From positions 8,248 through 72,247 of IMG/VR virus record IMGVR_UViG_3300017971_000278: a stretch of DNA of 64,000 nucleotides; one strand, 5' to 3'. The notes under the pieces were generated by a model. That model made no database searches. It was not told the origin of the DNA and was given only the letters and a program-made list of their open reading frames with translations. The position numbers were made by a program, and so were the translations under genes. Each line of letters opens with the position of its first letter. Position 1 is the stretch's first letter. The stretch is from a virus. Shown one piece after another: positions 1-10,564 of this stretch.

Positions 1-1911
1 TGCGGCCAAAACAAAATACTGAGAAAATACAGATGGTAATGTAAGCCCAGATCCAAGAGCGGCAATTTCATCACTAGCAATTCTGTCAGAGTTTGTTGTA
101 CGTTCATTAATAAAATTTACCAACTCAACAGTTCTGCCGTCAGCGATATTAATCAAACCATTTGTTGGTACTTCTGTAATACTAGATGATAATTCAAACG
201 CAGTGTCTGTTTTGTCAACATACTTAAAGTATCTATAATGACCAGACATATCCTTAGCTCTGAGCCATCCACTTTTTGGGAATCTATCTGTTGAGGCTAC
301 AGTAAACATATGACTAGGTAAAATTTCTACAACAGTAGCTGGCGATTGAGCACTTGCAGTGGTGGTATTATCCCATGAATAATGTAGTCCTATTACGCCA
401 TTTATAAAATATCCACTGGTACTGCTAATTACTGTATTTTGTGAAAGATTCTCATTGCCACTAGAGCTGTCTTGGTTTGTGCTAATTATCTTACCAGAGC
501 GAGCAACTTTAACCCACATAATAGAAGCTGTTTGTGATGTTGAGTTTCCATTTGCAGAGTTTTTAGGAACAAGATAAATTACATTTGTTTGTTTATGAAC
601 GTCCTGATTAAAGATAGGATTCATTGTTAAACCAGTTAGAAGGTAATGGTTTTCTTTATATGGATAGTCGGCATATATTTTATAAGAGTCTAAGATATCA
701 AAATCTACATTAACAATACCAGAGGCTCTATCAAACCCAAGCAATCCAGAAGTTGACCACAGAACTTCATCCCCATTTACATCTGTCACTACACTTCCAT
801 TAAAATCATAATAATTAGTACCGTTTAAACTAGAATTTGTTGTTATTGCATGCTGAACAACACCGTCTTTTTCAAATATAATAGATATATAATTAAATGA
901 TGTTCCAGTTTGTATTTCTTGATGTGGAAACTTTAACAGTCTATCATCTATTTTTTCACATTGTACAGCAGCAATAAATTTATATGGTTCAATAGGGGTA
1001 AATGCTTGGTTGGTAAACTCTGGCATTTCATATGTGGAGGCGTATCCATTATAAGTATTTTTAAATTCACCATTAACTACACGTGGGAACCATGGTTGTG
1101 TATCAGTATAATCAGTAGGGTGTTTTACAGATATCCTTTGAGACTCAAGATATTTAATAGCAAACTTACTAGTAGTAGGGAGTTGCACATTATAGTTTTC
1201 AAGATAATATGCATATACCCACGGCTTTAAATCGCCCGGCGTAATGTACCAAAAATCATCAGACGTTGCTGGCAAATAAGCTTTCTCATTGTTTATAATT
1301 TCTGTATATGTAGTTTCTGTACCACTTACAGATGCTGTATATTGAACAAAGTAAATTGTGTAAGTATCATTTGTTGTATCAAAAACATTAGTAAGAGAAT
1401 TAAATAAATTATAGTTAGATACTGTACTTGTTGGGCTGCCAGTAGTCTCATCATATACATATTCAGGAACAGCTTTCCATTGGTCAGAACCAACCTTATT
1501 ATAATTAGAATCAAATATTTGTATTGATTCTGGAATAACAGTAGATGGTAAATTATGCTTATAGTACAAAGGAAGATATCCAGATTCAGCTTCAACAAAT
1601 TGTTGTGTAATTAAAAAATTAGAATTAGCAACGTTTACATTCTTAACACTAGTAGTTGCTATAAATTCTTGTGTTGTACTTGTTCTTGAGTTCGCTGGCA
1701 AAGAATCACTGCGATCACCAATAAATAAATTAACTTCTGGAGTTATTTCTTGTGAACCAACATATGCCAACTTAGTAGCATCTGCTGTTGGTTCTGCCAA
1801 GTAAACAATTTTAGCAATACGTTTCTTTACGTTCTGTCTAGTACTAACATTAAAAGGAGTACCAGTAACACTAGTTAATCTAAAACTAAAATTTGTAGAA
1901 ATAGTTGTCAT
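1..1911 (-). CDS. Virion structural protein (baseplate/tail-fibre region), 3' end runs off the window (>637 aa)
   Basis: Not in the ORF track. Translated by hand at both ends: ATG at 1911 with an AGGA SD (MTTISTNFSFRLTSVTGTPF...), and the same frame is open at position 1 (...QYFVLAA). Follows the fibre and baseplate genes. Confidence 0.75.
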   Translation of the reverse strand, partial: MTTISTNFSFRLTSVTGTPFNVSTRQNVKKRIAKIVYLAEPTADATKLAYVGSQEITPEVNLFIGDRSDSLPANSRTSTTQEFIATTSVKNVNVANSNFLITQQFVEAESGYLPLYYKHNLPSTVIPESIQIFDSNYNKVGSDQWKAVPEYVYDETTGSPTSTVSNYNLFNSLTNVFDTTNDTYTIYFVQYTASVSGTETTYTEIINNEKAYLPATSDDFWYITPGDLKPWVYAYYLENYNVQLPTTSKFAIKYLESQRISVKHPTDYTDTQPWFPRVVNGEFKNTYNGYASTYEMPEFTNQAFTPIEPYKFIAAVQCEKIDDRLLKFPHQEIQTGTSFNYISIIFEKDGVVQHAITTNSSLNGTNYYDFNGSVVTDVNGDEVLWSTSGLLGFDRASGIVNVDFDILDSYKIYADYPYKENHYLLTGLTMNPIFNQDVHKQTNVIYLVPKNSANGNSTSQTASIMWVKVARSGKIISTNQDSSSGNENLSQNTVISSTSGYFINGVIGLHYSWDNTTTASAQSPATVVEILPSHMFTVASTDRFPKSGWLRAKDMSGHYRYFKYVDKTDTAFELSSSITEVPTNGLINIADGRTVELVNFINERTTNSDRIASDEIAALGSGLTLPSVFSQYFVLAA

Positions 1912-1921
1912 TTAACAAATC

Positions 1922-4441
1922 CTATGATGCTGTTATTTTTAAAGTGCCGCCGCTGTTCCATACAATACCAGCACCCCCACCAGTCGGATCAACAGTAGGA
2001 AGTCCACTCATGACAAGGTTTCCAGTGCTTGTTGATGTATCTAATTTAATATTGCCACTTGTAGTAGTTTTTAAATGCAGATCACCTTGAGCAACAGTAA
2101 TGTTAATACTATCGCGAGTTGAAAGCCATGCGTTTTGCCACCCAAGAATAAGTGGTCTAGAATACGTGGCACCAGTTTTTGTATTAAAAATAAATCTACT
2201 ATCTGTGGCTCCAGTTTTATCTGGAGAGTAAAATATACCAGTTGGTGTGTGTGTGCCAAAAGTACCAAGTCCACCAGAATCGTTTAACCAGCCCTCTCCT
2301 TCTGTAGTAAAAGAAGTTGCTTTTCCATCGCCAGTATCAGAAAAGAAAATAGCATTAGAATATACATTAAAAAAATCAGAACCAACAATACCAGGAGAAG
2401 TAAAATACTCTTCAAGGTCTTCAACATTATTAGCAGCTCGTAATGTAGCACCACCAACACTATCAATAGTATTTGTTGCTCCGTCAACCCATGGAACACC
2501 ACGAAACCTAAACTCTCTCATTTGCTCTGGAGCAAAACGTAAAGTTGTTCCTGGTGCATTACCATCTAGATCTGGTGTGATATCTAAAACATCTGTATGA
2601 TCAGTTTGACTCATTTTTGCAGGAAGATTAAAAACATCATATGTAGCACTTACAGTCCTGCAGCCTAAAAGCATTCTAATATAATTTGGTTCATTTCTTT
2701 GACCAAGATCAAATCCTAATACAGCACCATCCCACTTCTCATATGTTCCAGGGGCAGCTTCGTCATAATAACCTCTTAAAAATAAAGGACCGCTAGTACC
2801 AGAATATATAGAAAGAGAACCACATGCTTTTTTATCGTTTGCATAATTTGATCCATATCTTGTTGTGGCAGCACCAGTGTGTCTCAGGCCAAATCCACTT
2901 CTGTACGCTCGACCACCTGTAATAAAATCACCATCGCCCCATAGTCCAGAAAGTTTTATACATGCATTTTGATCTTCACTAAACCCATCTGTATTGCCAC
3001 CACCGAAACTTACAGCAAAACTATGATGTGCATATTCTGCAAAATCACTACCAGGTCTAAGAACAAAACCACCACTTCCATCACCTAAATAATCACCAGT
3101 AAGAACAAAATCGCCTCGCATAGCATTACCAGTATTACCAGTTCCGGTACCATAGGTGTCGTTAACATCGTTATCCATATAACCACCACGATGTAAATAT
3201 TGAGAATGTGGATTTACAGGATAATTAGATTCAGTGAACATATATCTTTCAACATCAGCAAGACTATTGTCTATATCACCAGTATACCTATCTTCTAGAT
3301 TATCGTGAGACAATGGTACAGTATACCCAAGAGTTGGGTTATCAGTTAGACCGACATGTTCATTATTCCTAGTCATCTGCATAAGATAATTAATATTTTC
3401 TGCCACGCTACTACCAGAAACAATAACTCTATATGAAGAACTACCAACTGTTAACCAATCTAATGGAGTTTCAAGCGTAAGAGAATTAGCATCTTTATAT
3501 TTAAATGTTATTTGTGGTACTACCCTGCCTGTTGATTCTGGGCCGTCCCACAATAAACAAAAACCTTCTGGGATCGTATCTCCAGTAGAAAGACCAGCTC
3601 CTGTTATAGCAGGTGGTAATCTATATAAAGATGTGTACCCAGGTAGGTATGCCCAAGTTGAATCGTCAGCATCAGACGATGCCAAAGATCTTTGTCCATA
3701 TGCATTAACATCAGATGTACGTGTTTGATTCGCGACAGAAGGAAAGGTAAGTGTGTAGGTTGTTACACTACCAACATCTCCAACTTTAGCTACAGTACAA
3801 AGTGTTGACTCTTCCCAGTTTGGTATAACATTTTGTGTACCCCATGGAACGCCAGGGCCAAACATATTAAGATTACTTATCGTAAGTGTAATAGCAACAG
3901 AAGTAACCTCGTATGCAGTGATTACACCTTTGTAATAATCAACATAAAAATCACCATCAGCAACAACAAGTTCTGGAGATGCTTTTTCTGAATTTAATAC
4001 ACTGTCTGTATCTCCAGAAACAGAAACATCTGACCATGTTAACGCACTGATACTAGAAGACTTACTTGTTTCAGTAAGAGTAGAATCTACCTTAACCAAG
4101 GGGTAACCAAGAGTCCATGAGTTTCTATCTGCGGCCAAAACAACATTTATAGAACTTACATTCTGTTGGTTCCAACATCCACCAGCTGGAGACATCCAAT
4201 CAGATGGACCAACACACCTAGCAATACTAGCTTGACTAAGATTCTTTAAGCTTAATCTATATGCTCCACCAGAACCAGTGTGGCTAGTATAGTCCCAAGG
4301 ATCTCCAATACCCAATGACATGCGCGAGAATGCGCTATCTGTATGTTTGACAAGTCCTGTAAATTTTTGTGCTGTTCCCTGTTCTCCTTTTACAAAATCA
4401 AAAGGGACCGGGAAAACATCTTGCATTTTATCTTGACTCAT
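1922..4441 (-). CDS. Putative tail fibre / baseplate-attached protein (839 aa)
   Basis: G/S/T/D-rich; C-terminal LPTVDPTGGGAGIVWNSGGTLKITAS resembles fibre-tip motifs; GGAGG SD; located after the baseplate genes. Confidence 0.6.
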   Translation of the reverse strand: MSQDKMQDVFPVPFDFVKGEQGTAQKFTGLVKHTDSAFSRMSLGIGDPWDYTSHTGSGGAYRLSLKNLSQASIARCVGPSDWMSPAGGCWNQQNVSSINVVLAADRNSWTLGYPLVKVDSTLTETSKSSSISALTWSDVSVSGDTDSVLNSEKASPELVVADGDFYVDYYKGVITAYEVTSVAITLTISNLNMFGPGVPWGTQNVIPNWEESTLCTVAKVGDVGSVTTYTLTFPSVANQTRTSDVNAYGQRSLASSDADDSTWAYLPGYTSLYRLPPAITGAGLSTGDTIPEGFCLLWDGPESTGRVVPQITFKYKDANSLTLETPLDWLTVGSSSYRVIVSGSSVAENINYLMQMTRNNEHVGLTDNPTLGYTVPLSHDNLEDRYTGDIDNSLADVERYMFTESNYPVNPHSQYLHRGGYMDNDVNDTYGTGTGNTGNAMRGDFVLTGDYLGDGSGGFVLRPGSDFAEYAHHSFAVSFGGGNTDGFSEDQNACIKLSGLWGDGDFITGGRAYRSGFGLRHTGAATTRYGSNYANDKKACGSLSIYSGTSGPLFLRGYYDEAAPGTYEKWDGAVLGFDLGQRNEPNYIRMLLGCRTVSATYDVFNLPAKMSQTDHTDVLDITPDLDGNAPGTTLRFAPEQMREFRFRGVPWVDGATNTIDSVGGATLRAANNVEDLEEYFTSPGIVGSDFFNVYSNAIFFSDTGDGKATSFTTEGEGWLNDSGGLGTFGTHTPTGIFYSPDKTGATDSRFIFNTKTGATYSRPLILGWQNAWLSTRDSINITVAQGDLHLKTTTSGNIKLDTSTSTGNLVMSGLPTVDPTGGGAGIVWNSGGTLKITAS

Positions 4442-4449
4442 AATACCTC

Positions 4450-7400
4450 CTACGGAGTAGTAATCTCAAAAGTAAAACCTAATGTTCTAAAAGGAGCAGA
4501 TGCCCATTCATCAGTTTCACCTGTTCCACCAACTAGATCAATTACATTGTACGGTCCAGAGTGTGGATTAATTGTAATAAAAGTTGCTCCGTCTATACCG
4601 GAAGCAACAGTGTCGTTGTCACCAACTAACTTCCATCCAAATGGAACTTTCTGGTCAGACGTATTTATATATTCACCAAGCATATATTCAGGAAGGGATA
4701 TTCTTCCAATTACCGAGTCACTATATATATATTGATTATAGTATGGACTCCAGCAGTGTGCTTGGAATGTAACTAGTTTACTGGATACCAACCAGTATCC
4801 ACCTATTTCATAAGAAGAACCTACTCCACAATCTGGTGCAGAACCAGCAGGAACTACAACTCTCCAAAACCCATCATATGGGTCGCTAGCATCATCAATT
4901 TGTTCCACTAGATATGGCCGCACAGGGACATAAGCGCCTAAAGAACCAGTTACTGGATTAACAGCTGTACTATCAAGAAGTGGACCGGTTGTTTCGTAGT
5001 TTATTAGTAGTACATCATCAAATTCTACGTATTCAGTTCCACCTGTCGCAATTGATGAAGTAAATGCAAGATAGATACCAGTAGCCGTAGCAGTAAAAGT
5101 AACATCAAATTGTTCCCAGGCTCCTGTAGTTCCACCAGTCCACAATGTTGTAGCATCATTTGTAACCAATGGTGCTTGGGTGCCATCACTTCTAGCCCAA
5201 CCAGTAATTCTGTATTTTACACCAATAGTAGTTACTGCTAATTGATGAGCCTCCACTTGCACAGGAGGAGTTATGTCTATAGGAGCAGTAATCTTTAAAC
5301 ATTGACTTCCTTCATATGGTGTTATTGTGCTTTTTTCTATAGTTGTACTAGTAGATGTATCCCAAGCGCCGTTTTGCTCTATAACTGTTATGTTGTCGTA
5401 TTCACTATATTCGCCAGCAGCATTTGCAAATGTTGCTAACGTAAAGTCTGTAGCTGTAGCAATAAAAGTAAATGATATATCTTGCCAACTAGAGGAAATT
5501 GTTCCAGTCCACATAGTTGACCCATCATGTGTAATTAATGGATACTCATTTCCAGTACCAGAACTTCTTGCTTTTCCAGAAACTTTATATGATTTTCCAA
5601 TTGTTAAAACGTTTTGATATGCTGTAGCATATGTATTATGTAATCTTAAACAGTACGTACTGCCAGCTATGTCAGAAGATTCTCTAGATATCTTTTTAGA
5701 ACTTAACCAAGAACCATTTTGTTCTAAAACTTCAATGTCGTCAAATTCGACATACTCACTTCCACCTGGGCCAGAACAGGTAAATCCAAGATCCACATCT
5801 GTACCACCAGATAAAAATGTTAGATTAAACTGCTCCCAGGTTCCTGTAGTGCCACCTGTCCATATTAAACTGCCACTACCAACCCATATTTTTGGGGCTT
5901 CAGTCCCATCACTTCTAGCCCATCCAGTAATCCTATATGACTTACCAGAAGTTAAAACGCTTTGCGTAACAGTACATGTGCCAGCGCCAACATCAGCTGT
6001 TAATCTTAAGTGCTGTGTTCCTTCTTGTAGCGGAGGTGTTGTATCTTTTGTTGGTGTACAGTCCCATTCTGACCAAGCAGCAACTCCAACAGCCTCCATG
6101 TCTCCATCAACAATTACATCAGTTAATGTTGCTTCAAAATTACCATCCACAATAGGATCTGTAGAGGGAACAGTTTCCATATCACCATCAGTAAGCAGGT
6201 TTACAGTACTCATTCCGTACTGTTGATAAACAACTACCTTCCTGCCATTAATAGGATCACCTTCAGAAACAGTAGCACCATCCCATGCTTCTAAGTCATG
6301 CTCAAGAATCATTTCTTGTGACCATTGTGCATAATCAGCAGCATCTTGCACCCAAGATGGAGTATCGGCTTGATACATAGAAAGTAAAAGAGCATCAAGA
6401 TCTTCATGACCCATAATAGGATCGTCTTTTAAAATTTGGTATAAATATATTTCATCTTCTTTTCCAGTAAGCCCGGTTTCAGAAACACTAAGAATAAGCT
6501 CCCTGTCATCTGGATAACTTGCATGAGTAGAATTTCTTACAATAGTTGTATAAAAACCAAGCTCATCAGAAGACACGGGTGGTTGGTATGTAGTATAAGC
6601 GTCACCAGAAGAATCAGTTACAGATATAGAAGCACTATCACCGTCTAAATAACCCAAATCTACTGGGCTTATTGTAAATCCAACTTCCACATCACTTACA
6701 GGCACACTGCTAGCAGAAAGCACATTGGCCTTTAAAATACCGTAATCAGAACCTACAGTGATTGGACCATATTCAATTGGAGAAGCAGTCCCTAAAATCT
6801 TTTGTTTGTTTATTTCTAATGTAATAGTAGCAGCTTCAAGATCACTGTGTGATATACAAACAAACCCTTGATTCGTAGATTGTGTTACGGGATTAACATC
6901 AGCATCTATAGCAACAATACTCTGATCTCTATTAAGTTCTTCGTATTCTATTCTTGGCACTGTTGTGTAAGCAGCAACAATGTGTGTTCCTGAAGTTGGA
7001 ACTCCACTTCCAGCGGCACTACCAAAATAAACAATACCTAAATCTTTATCTAAAAAGTATCTTTTGGTATTCGGATAAGACCAGCTTCCAGTAATTAAAT
7101 CCCACCAAGAATCCATTCTAGTCCATTCTTCCCATGTTGTACTATTAGCAACATAAAGATGAAATGAACTATCAGCAAGAACAGGAAAATTCTCTAAATA
7201 AAACACCTGATAGTCTGAGCCGGTGGACAAACCAAGATACTCACATGCAGCTAGATCATTATATTGTGTTGGTATAACACCATACTGTTCTGAGTAGTCA
7301 CGATTAAACCAAAGTCTTGTTGTGCCATCTATGGTGTTGCTATCAACTACAAATTCTCTTTTGGTAGTATCTACATTGGCCCATGTAATAGTGCCCAAAT

Positions 7401-7977
7401 CAGAAACTGTTTCTAATTGAGTTCCGCTTGAGTATATCCCGGTAAATCTGTATCGTTGATTAATGCGTGTTTTATAAGTATTCTCTTTTAAAGAATCACG
7501 CTTAAAAGTAGCAGCAAGGATTGGCGTTGTGATATCTGGGGTGGTAGAAAGTTCAATATAATTTCTACCGTCGCGATTATCGCTTGTATTGATGTACTGA
7601 ACTACGCTGTTGTCGCTGTAATAAAAATAATCAACATTATAACGATAGTAAAAACCATTACTTACAAACGGGTACCAGTGTTTTTCGCCGTCTTGCAATA
7701 CCTCAGTAAAGTCACTAACATAAAGATCATCTAAATTTGCTGCGCCAACTCCAGAGCGAAAATAACTAGAAGCACTAACACCTTGTATAGATGGATCTGA
7801 TAATCTCGGAAGAGATGGAAGTTTAAGATCAAAAGGACTTCCCCATCTCTTTATATCAAATGTCCAACCTTCAGGTATATCAAGAGGGTGTTCGAATCCA
7901 ACATATGGTCTCATACTGGCTTCTCTGACAACTATTTGTTCAGTAGTTACTTTAATACTTGATCTAGTAAGCGTCAT
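4450..7977 (-). CDS. Baseplate/receptor-binding protein with three CBM4/9-like carbohydrate-binding modules (1175 aa)
   Basis: Three DG[DN][MF]E motifs and three bodies of the form G-K-x-Y-x-[IV]-[TS]-G-x-ARS...W-x-Q...EY-x-E-[FY]-D-[DN]; FLDKDLGIVYFG baseplate-wedge-like motif. Confidence 0.65.
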   Translation of the reverse strand: MTLTRSSIKVTTEQIVVREASMRPYVGFEHPLDIPEGWTFDIKRWGSPFDLKLPSLPRLSDPSIQGVSASSYFRSGVGAANLDDLYVSDFTEVLQDGEKHWYPFVSNGFYYRYNVDYFYYSDNSVVQYINTSDNRDGRNYIELSTTPDITTPILAATFKRDSLKENTYKTRINQRYRFTGIYSSGTQLETVSDLGTITWANVDTTKREFVVDSNTIDGTTRLWFNRDYSEQYGVIPTQYNDLAACEYLGLSTGSDYQVFYLENFPVLADSSFHLYVANSTTWEEWTRMDSWWDLITGSWSYPNTKRYFLDKDLGIVYFGSAAGSGVPTSGTHIVAAYTTVPRIEYEELNRDQSIVAIDADVNPVTQSTNQGFVCISHSDLEAATITLEINKQKILGTASPIEYGPITVGSDYGILKANVLSASSVPVSDVEVGFTISPVDLGYLDGDSASISVTDSSGDAYTTYQPPVSSDELGFYTTIVRNSTHASYPDDRELILSVSETGLTGKEDEIYLYQILKDDPIMGHEDLDALLLSMYQADTPSWVQDAADYAQWSQEMILEHDLEAWDGATVSEGDPINGRKVVVYQQYGMSTVNLLTDGDMETVPSTDPIVDGNFEATLTDVIVDGDMEAVGVAAWSEWDCTPTKDTTPPLQEGTQHLRLTADVGAGTCTVTQSVLTSGKSYRITGWARSDGTEAPKIWVGSGSLIWTGGTTGTWEQFNLTFLSGGTDVDLGFTCSGPGGSEYVEFDDIEVLEQNGSWLSSKKISRESSDIAGSTYCLRLHNTYATAYQNVLTIGKSYKVSGKARSSGTGNEYPLITHDGSTMWTGTISSSWQDISFTFIATATDFTLATFANAAGEYSEYDNITVIEQNGAWDTSTSTTIEKSTITPYEGSQCLKITAPIDITPPVQVEAHQLAVTTIGVKYRITGWARSDGTQAPLVTNDATTLWTGGTTGAWEQFDVTFTATATGIYLAFTSSIATGGTEYVEFDDVLLINYETTGPLLDSTAVNPVTGSLGAYVPVRPYLVEQIDDASDPYDGFWRVVVPAGSAPDCGVGSSYEIGGYWLVSSKLVTFQAHCWSPYYNQYIYSDSVIGRISLPEYMLGEYINTSDQKVPFGWKLVGDNDTVASGIDGATFITINPHSGPYNVIDLVGGTGETDEWASAPFRTLGFTFEITTP

Positions 7978-8927
7978 TATTCACCCCAAAATACCTTTGT
8001 TTCTGTAAATAGCTGATGATATGTTTCTGACCCTTCTGTGTTAAGAACAGTATTTATTTCAGTACCAGAGTCGTCTGTCTCGTGATTAAAAAGTTCATAT
8101 TGAAAATCGTCATCTTGAAAAGTATATATCTTTATTGGAGTATAGTCTACTTCAAAAGGAAAAACAGATCCATGATAAGACACAGCTAAATCTCCTTGTG
8201 GAACAGAGTATACATATATTTTTCCATTTACGCGGTCAACCATATATTCTCCTTTTGCAGAAGGAGTGCCAGTAACCTCTGTTTTAAAAGTTTCAGTCTC
8301 ATCAAAAACAAGACTTGTTTCAACGATATGTTGTGCTGATAATACAGTTAGCGAGTCAGTATCAATTGGATCACCCTGTACATAAATATCAGTATTGCCG
8401 TTAATAAGATTAGTAGAGTGTGTATTTGGTCTCATTCCAGATTCTATCGTTGCAGAAAAACATTGAGACGTATTGATAGCGGCAACCAAATCATCCAGAA
8501 AATACCCAGTATCTGTTGGTTGGTATGTCCTAATTGTAGAATCTATTACTCTTGTTCCGTCTGTACGATAATCACTATACAAAACAACCTTGTTTGCAAG
8601 AATATCAACTCTTGGATTTCTGGCTATTGGATTGCCAGCACTATTTAACTTAAGAGAAATAGTCATTGCTTTTTGTCTAGAATACCCAAGCTCTCTAGTA
8701 ATACCATTGATAGCACCTTCGTATGTGCCACCATCAGGATGTACAGCAACGTCCATAATCCTTTGTTTAAATTCAGCATTTGTTTCTTCATCGAGACGAT
8801 TTAAAGACACTAGATCTGAAATCAAATCAAGATGACTAACTATATTTTTACTTGTAGGTGTGCCAGTATATTCATTTATACTAGTGATTCTAAAAGCAAA
8901 ACTTTGAAATTTCATATTGTTGCCCAT
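7977..8927 (-). CDS. Baseplate wedge-like protein (316 aa)
   Basis: LNRLDEETNAEFKQRI resembles the R-x-x-x-E-x-D/N-x-x-Y/F-R/K-x-R wedge motif; baseplate context; TAATG coupling. Confidence 0.55.
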   Translation of the reverse strand: MGNNMKFQSFAFRITSINEYTGTPTSKNIVSHLDLISDLVSLNRLDEETNAEFKQRIMDVAVHPDGGTYEGAINGITRELGYSRQKAMTISLKLNSAGNPIARNPRVDILANKVVLYSDYRTDGTRVIDSTIRTYQPTDTGYFLDDLVAAINTSQCFSATIESGMRPNTHSTNLINGNTDIYVQGDPIDTDSLTVLSAQHIVETSLVFDETETFKTEVTGTPSAKGEYMVDRVNGKIYVYSVPQGDLAVSYHGSVFPFEVDYTPIKIYTFQDDDFQYELFNHETDDSGTEINTVLNTEGSETYHQLFTETKVFWGE

Positions 8928-10564
8928 TAAACAGTTACCCTAAGTGATGAATATTCTTCGTTACACCAAACTATCTTCTTCTCATAGTCTACCAGAAAGT
9001 AATCATGATATGTTTCAAGTAAATATATTCTTCCGTATTTTTTTAACCAAACACGCAAATCAGAATCTAAACCAATATCCTCTGGTGACCTTAATGCAGT
9101 AGGCAAAGATAGTTGTATTTCTGGTGTGATAGCAGGAACGAAGAACATAAATTTTGTTTTAAGTATTTCTGTTGTTTGAAATTTGTCATCAACATATTGA
9201 GCTTCCAGTGTAACTATATATTCTCCATTCTTAAGAAAAGTAATTGGAATCTTCATTTCGTCAAATAACCCATCATACCATTTGATGTTTTCAATCCAAG
9301 CAGTTGTAGTAGTTGGAAACAATGTACCATCTTCTGCTATATAATACTCAATACCATCAGGATCTCTTAGCGTCCACTGTGTTCTAGATGGAGGATCTAA
9401 GATAGCATTATTTCTAGTTCGTATTTCTGTAGTAGCTCCGCGTGTATATATCCATGTCTCTGCCCATAGATCAATTTTGGTTTCAGAACTTTCTCCATCC
9501 ATGTTTTGACAATTGGGAAACTCTAAAGAAGTATCATATACATAAAAGTTATTGTCATCTACACCATACATAAATTTACTATTTGGTTTTAATACAAAAC
9601 CATTAAGGTTTACATTTAAGTTATTCTCATCTAAAAGTTCTATCTCATAAAATGTATCTTTTTCGTCTACGCCAGCTCTGATAATATCAAAATTACTTAC
9701 AGTAAAACTTTTACCCAATAAGGTAGAGCCCCATGATCTAGTACCAAGATCAATATAGAGTGGTCGCTCTCCACCTTCTGCTGGAACAAAAATATTTTGT
9801 GTATCTAAATGTCCATCTTGTGCAAAGGGGAATAGTTCAATTGTGAGATAAGCAGTAGAATCAACATAGCTAACCATGAAACTTTCTACAGACTCCCATT
9901 CGTTTACTGTTTTAAAAGTGCCATTGTATCTTAAAGGAACTGCTTCGGTAAGAGTTGTACCTTTTCTTGTCGTTCCTGTTATATAACATTTGGGATAATA
10001 TATTTTGTCAACTGAGCGCTTTTCCCATGTATCATTGTTAGAAATGGTTATATACAAGTGACCATTTATCGGCATTGAGTTAGGGGAAAGACTACTAATA
10101 TTAGACACAAGAGTTGTAGGTAATACAGACGAGTAGGAATAGGATGTTTCACCGTTGCGAATCCGTGATGTAATACAATTGTAAGCCAATGTTTCAATAT
10201 CGTTATTTTCAGCTTGAGTTATTTGTTGTTCTGAACCTTGTATGGTTGCATAAACATTCGGTGGTACGTATGTTTTCTCCCCAGAAGAATCTTCTGTGTA
10301 AGAGAAAGACATGTCGTCTGGTAGCTGTAGCCAGTGTAATATATCTAAATCATTTAAATCTACAGTAGAGGCAAACATATTAAAACGCTCTTGAGTAAGC
10401 ATTTGTATTGTCTCTTGTATGTATCCAGCAATAGGATTATATAATTGTTGTCCAACAGACACTGGGCTTTTACGTATCTGTGACCACGGCGGCGCACGAT
10501 TAAAAAGTCTCTGGGTGACCCATGAACGAGCATATCTATTGCTAGGATAAGTACCTAATACCAT
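8927..10564 (-). CDS. Baseplate-associated structural protein (545 aa)
   Basis: Translationally coupled between the baseplate J-like and wedge-like genes. Confidence 0.5.
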   Translation of the reverse strand: MVLGTYPSNRYARSWVTQRLFNRAPPWSQIRKSPVSVGQQLYNPIAGYIQETIQMLTQERFNMFASTVDLNDLDILHWLQLPDDMSFSYTEDSSGEKTYVPPNVYATIQGSEQQITQAENNDIETLAYNCITSRIRNGETSYSYSSVLPTTLVSNISSLSPNSMPINGHLYITISNNDTWEKRSVDKIYYPKCYITGTTRKGTTLTEAVPLRYNGTFKTVNEWESVESFMVSYVDSTAYLTIELFPFAQDGHLDTQNIFVPAEGGERPLYIDLGTRSWGSTLLGKSFTVSNFDIIRAGVDEKDTFYEIELLDENNLNVNLNGFVLKPNSKFMYGVDDNNFYVYDTSLEFPNCQNMDGESSETKIDLWAETWIYTRGATTEIRTRNNAILDPPSRTQWTLRDPDGIEYYIAEDGTLFPTTTTAWIENIKWYDGLFDEMKIPITFLKNGEYIVTLEAQYVDDKFQTTEILKTKFMFFVPAITPEIQLSLPTALRSPEDIGLDSDLRVWLKKYGRIYLLETYHDYFLVDYEKKIVWCNEEYSSLRVTV

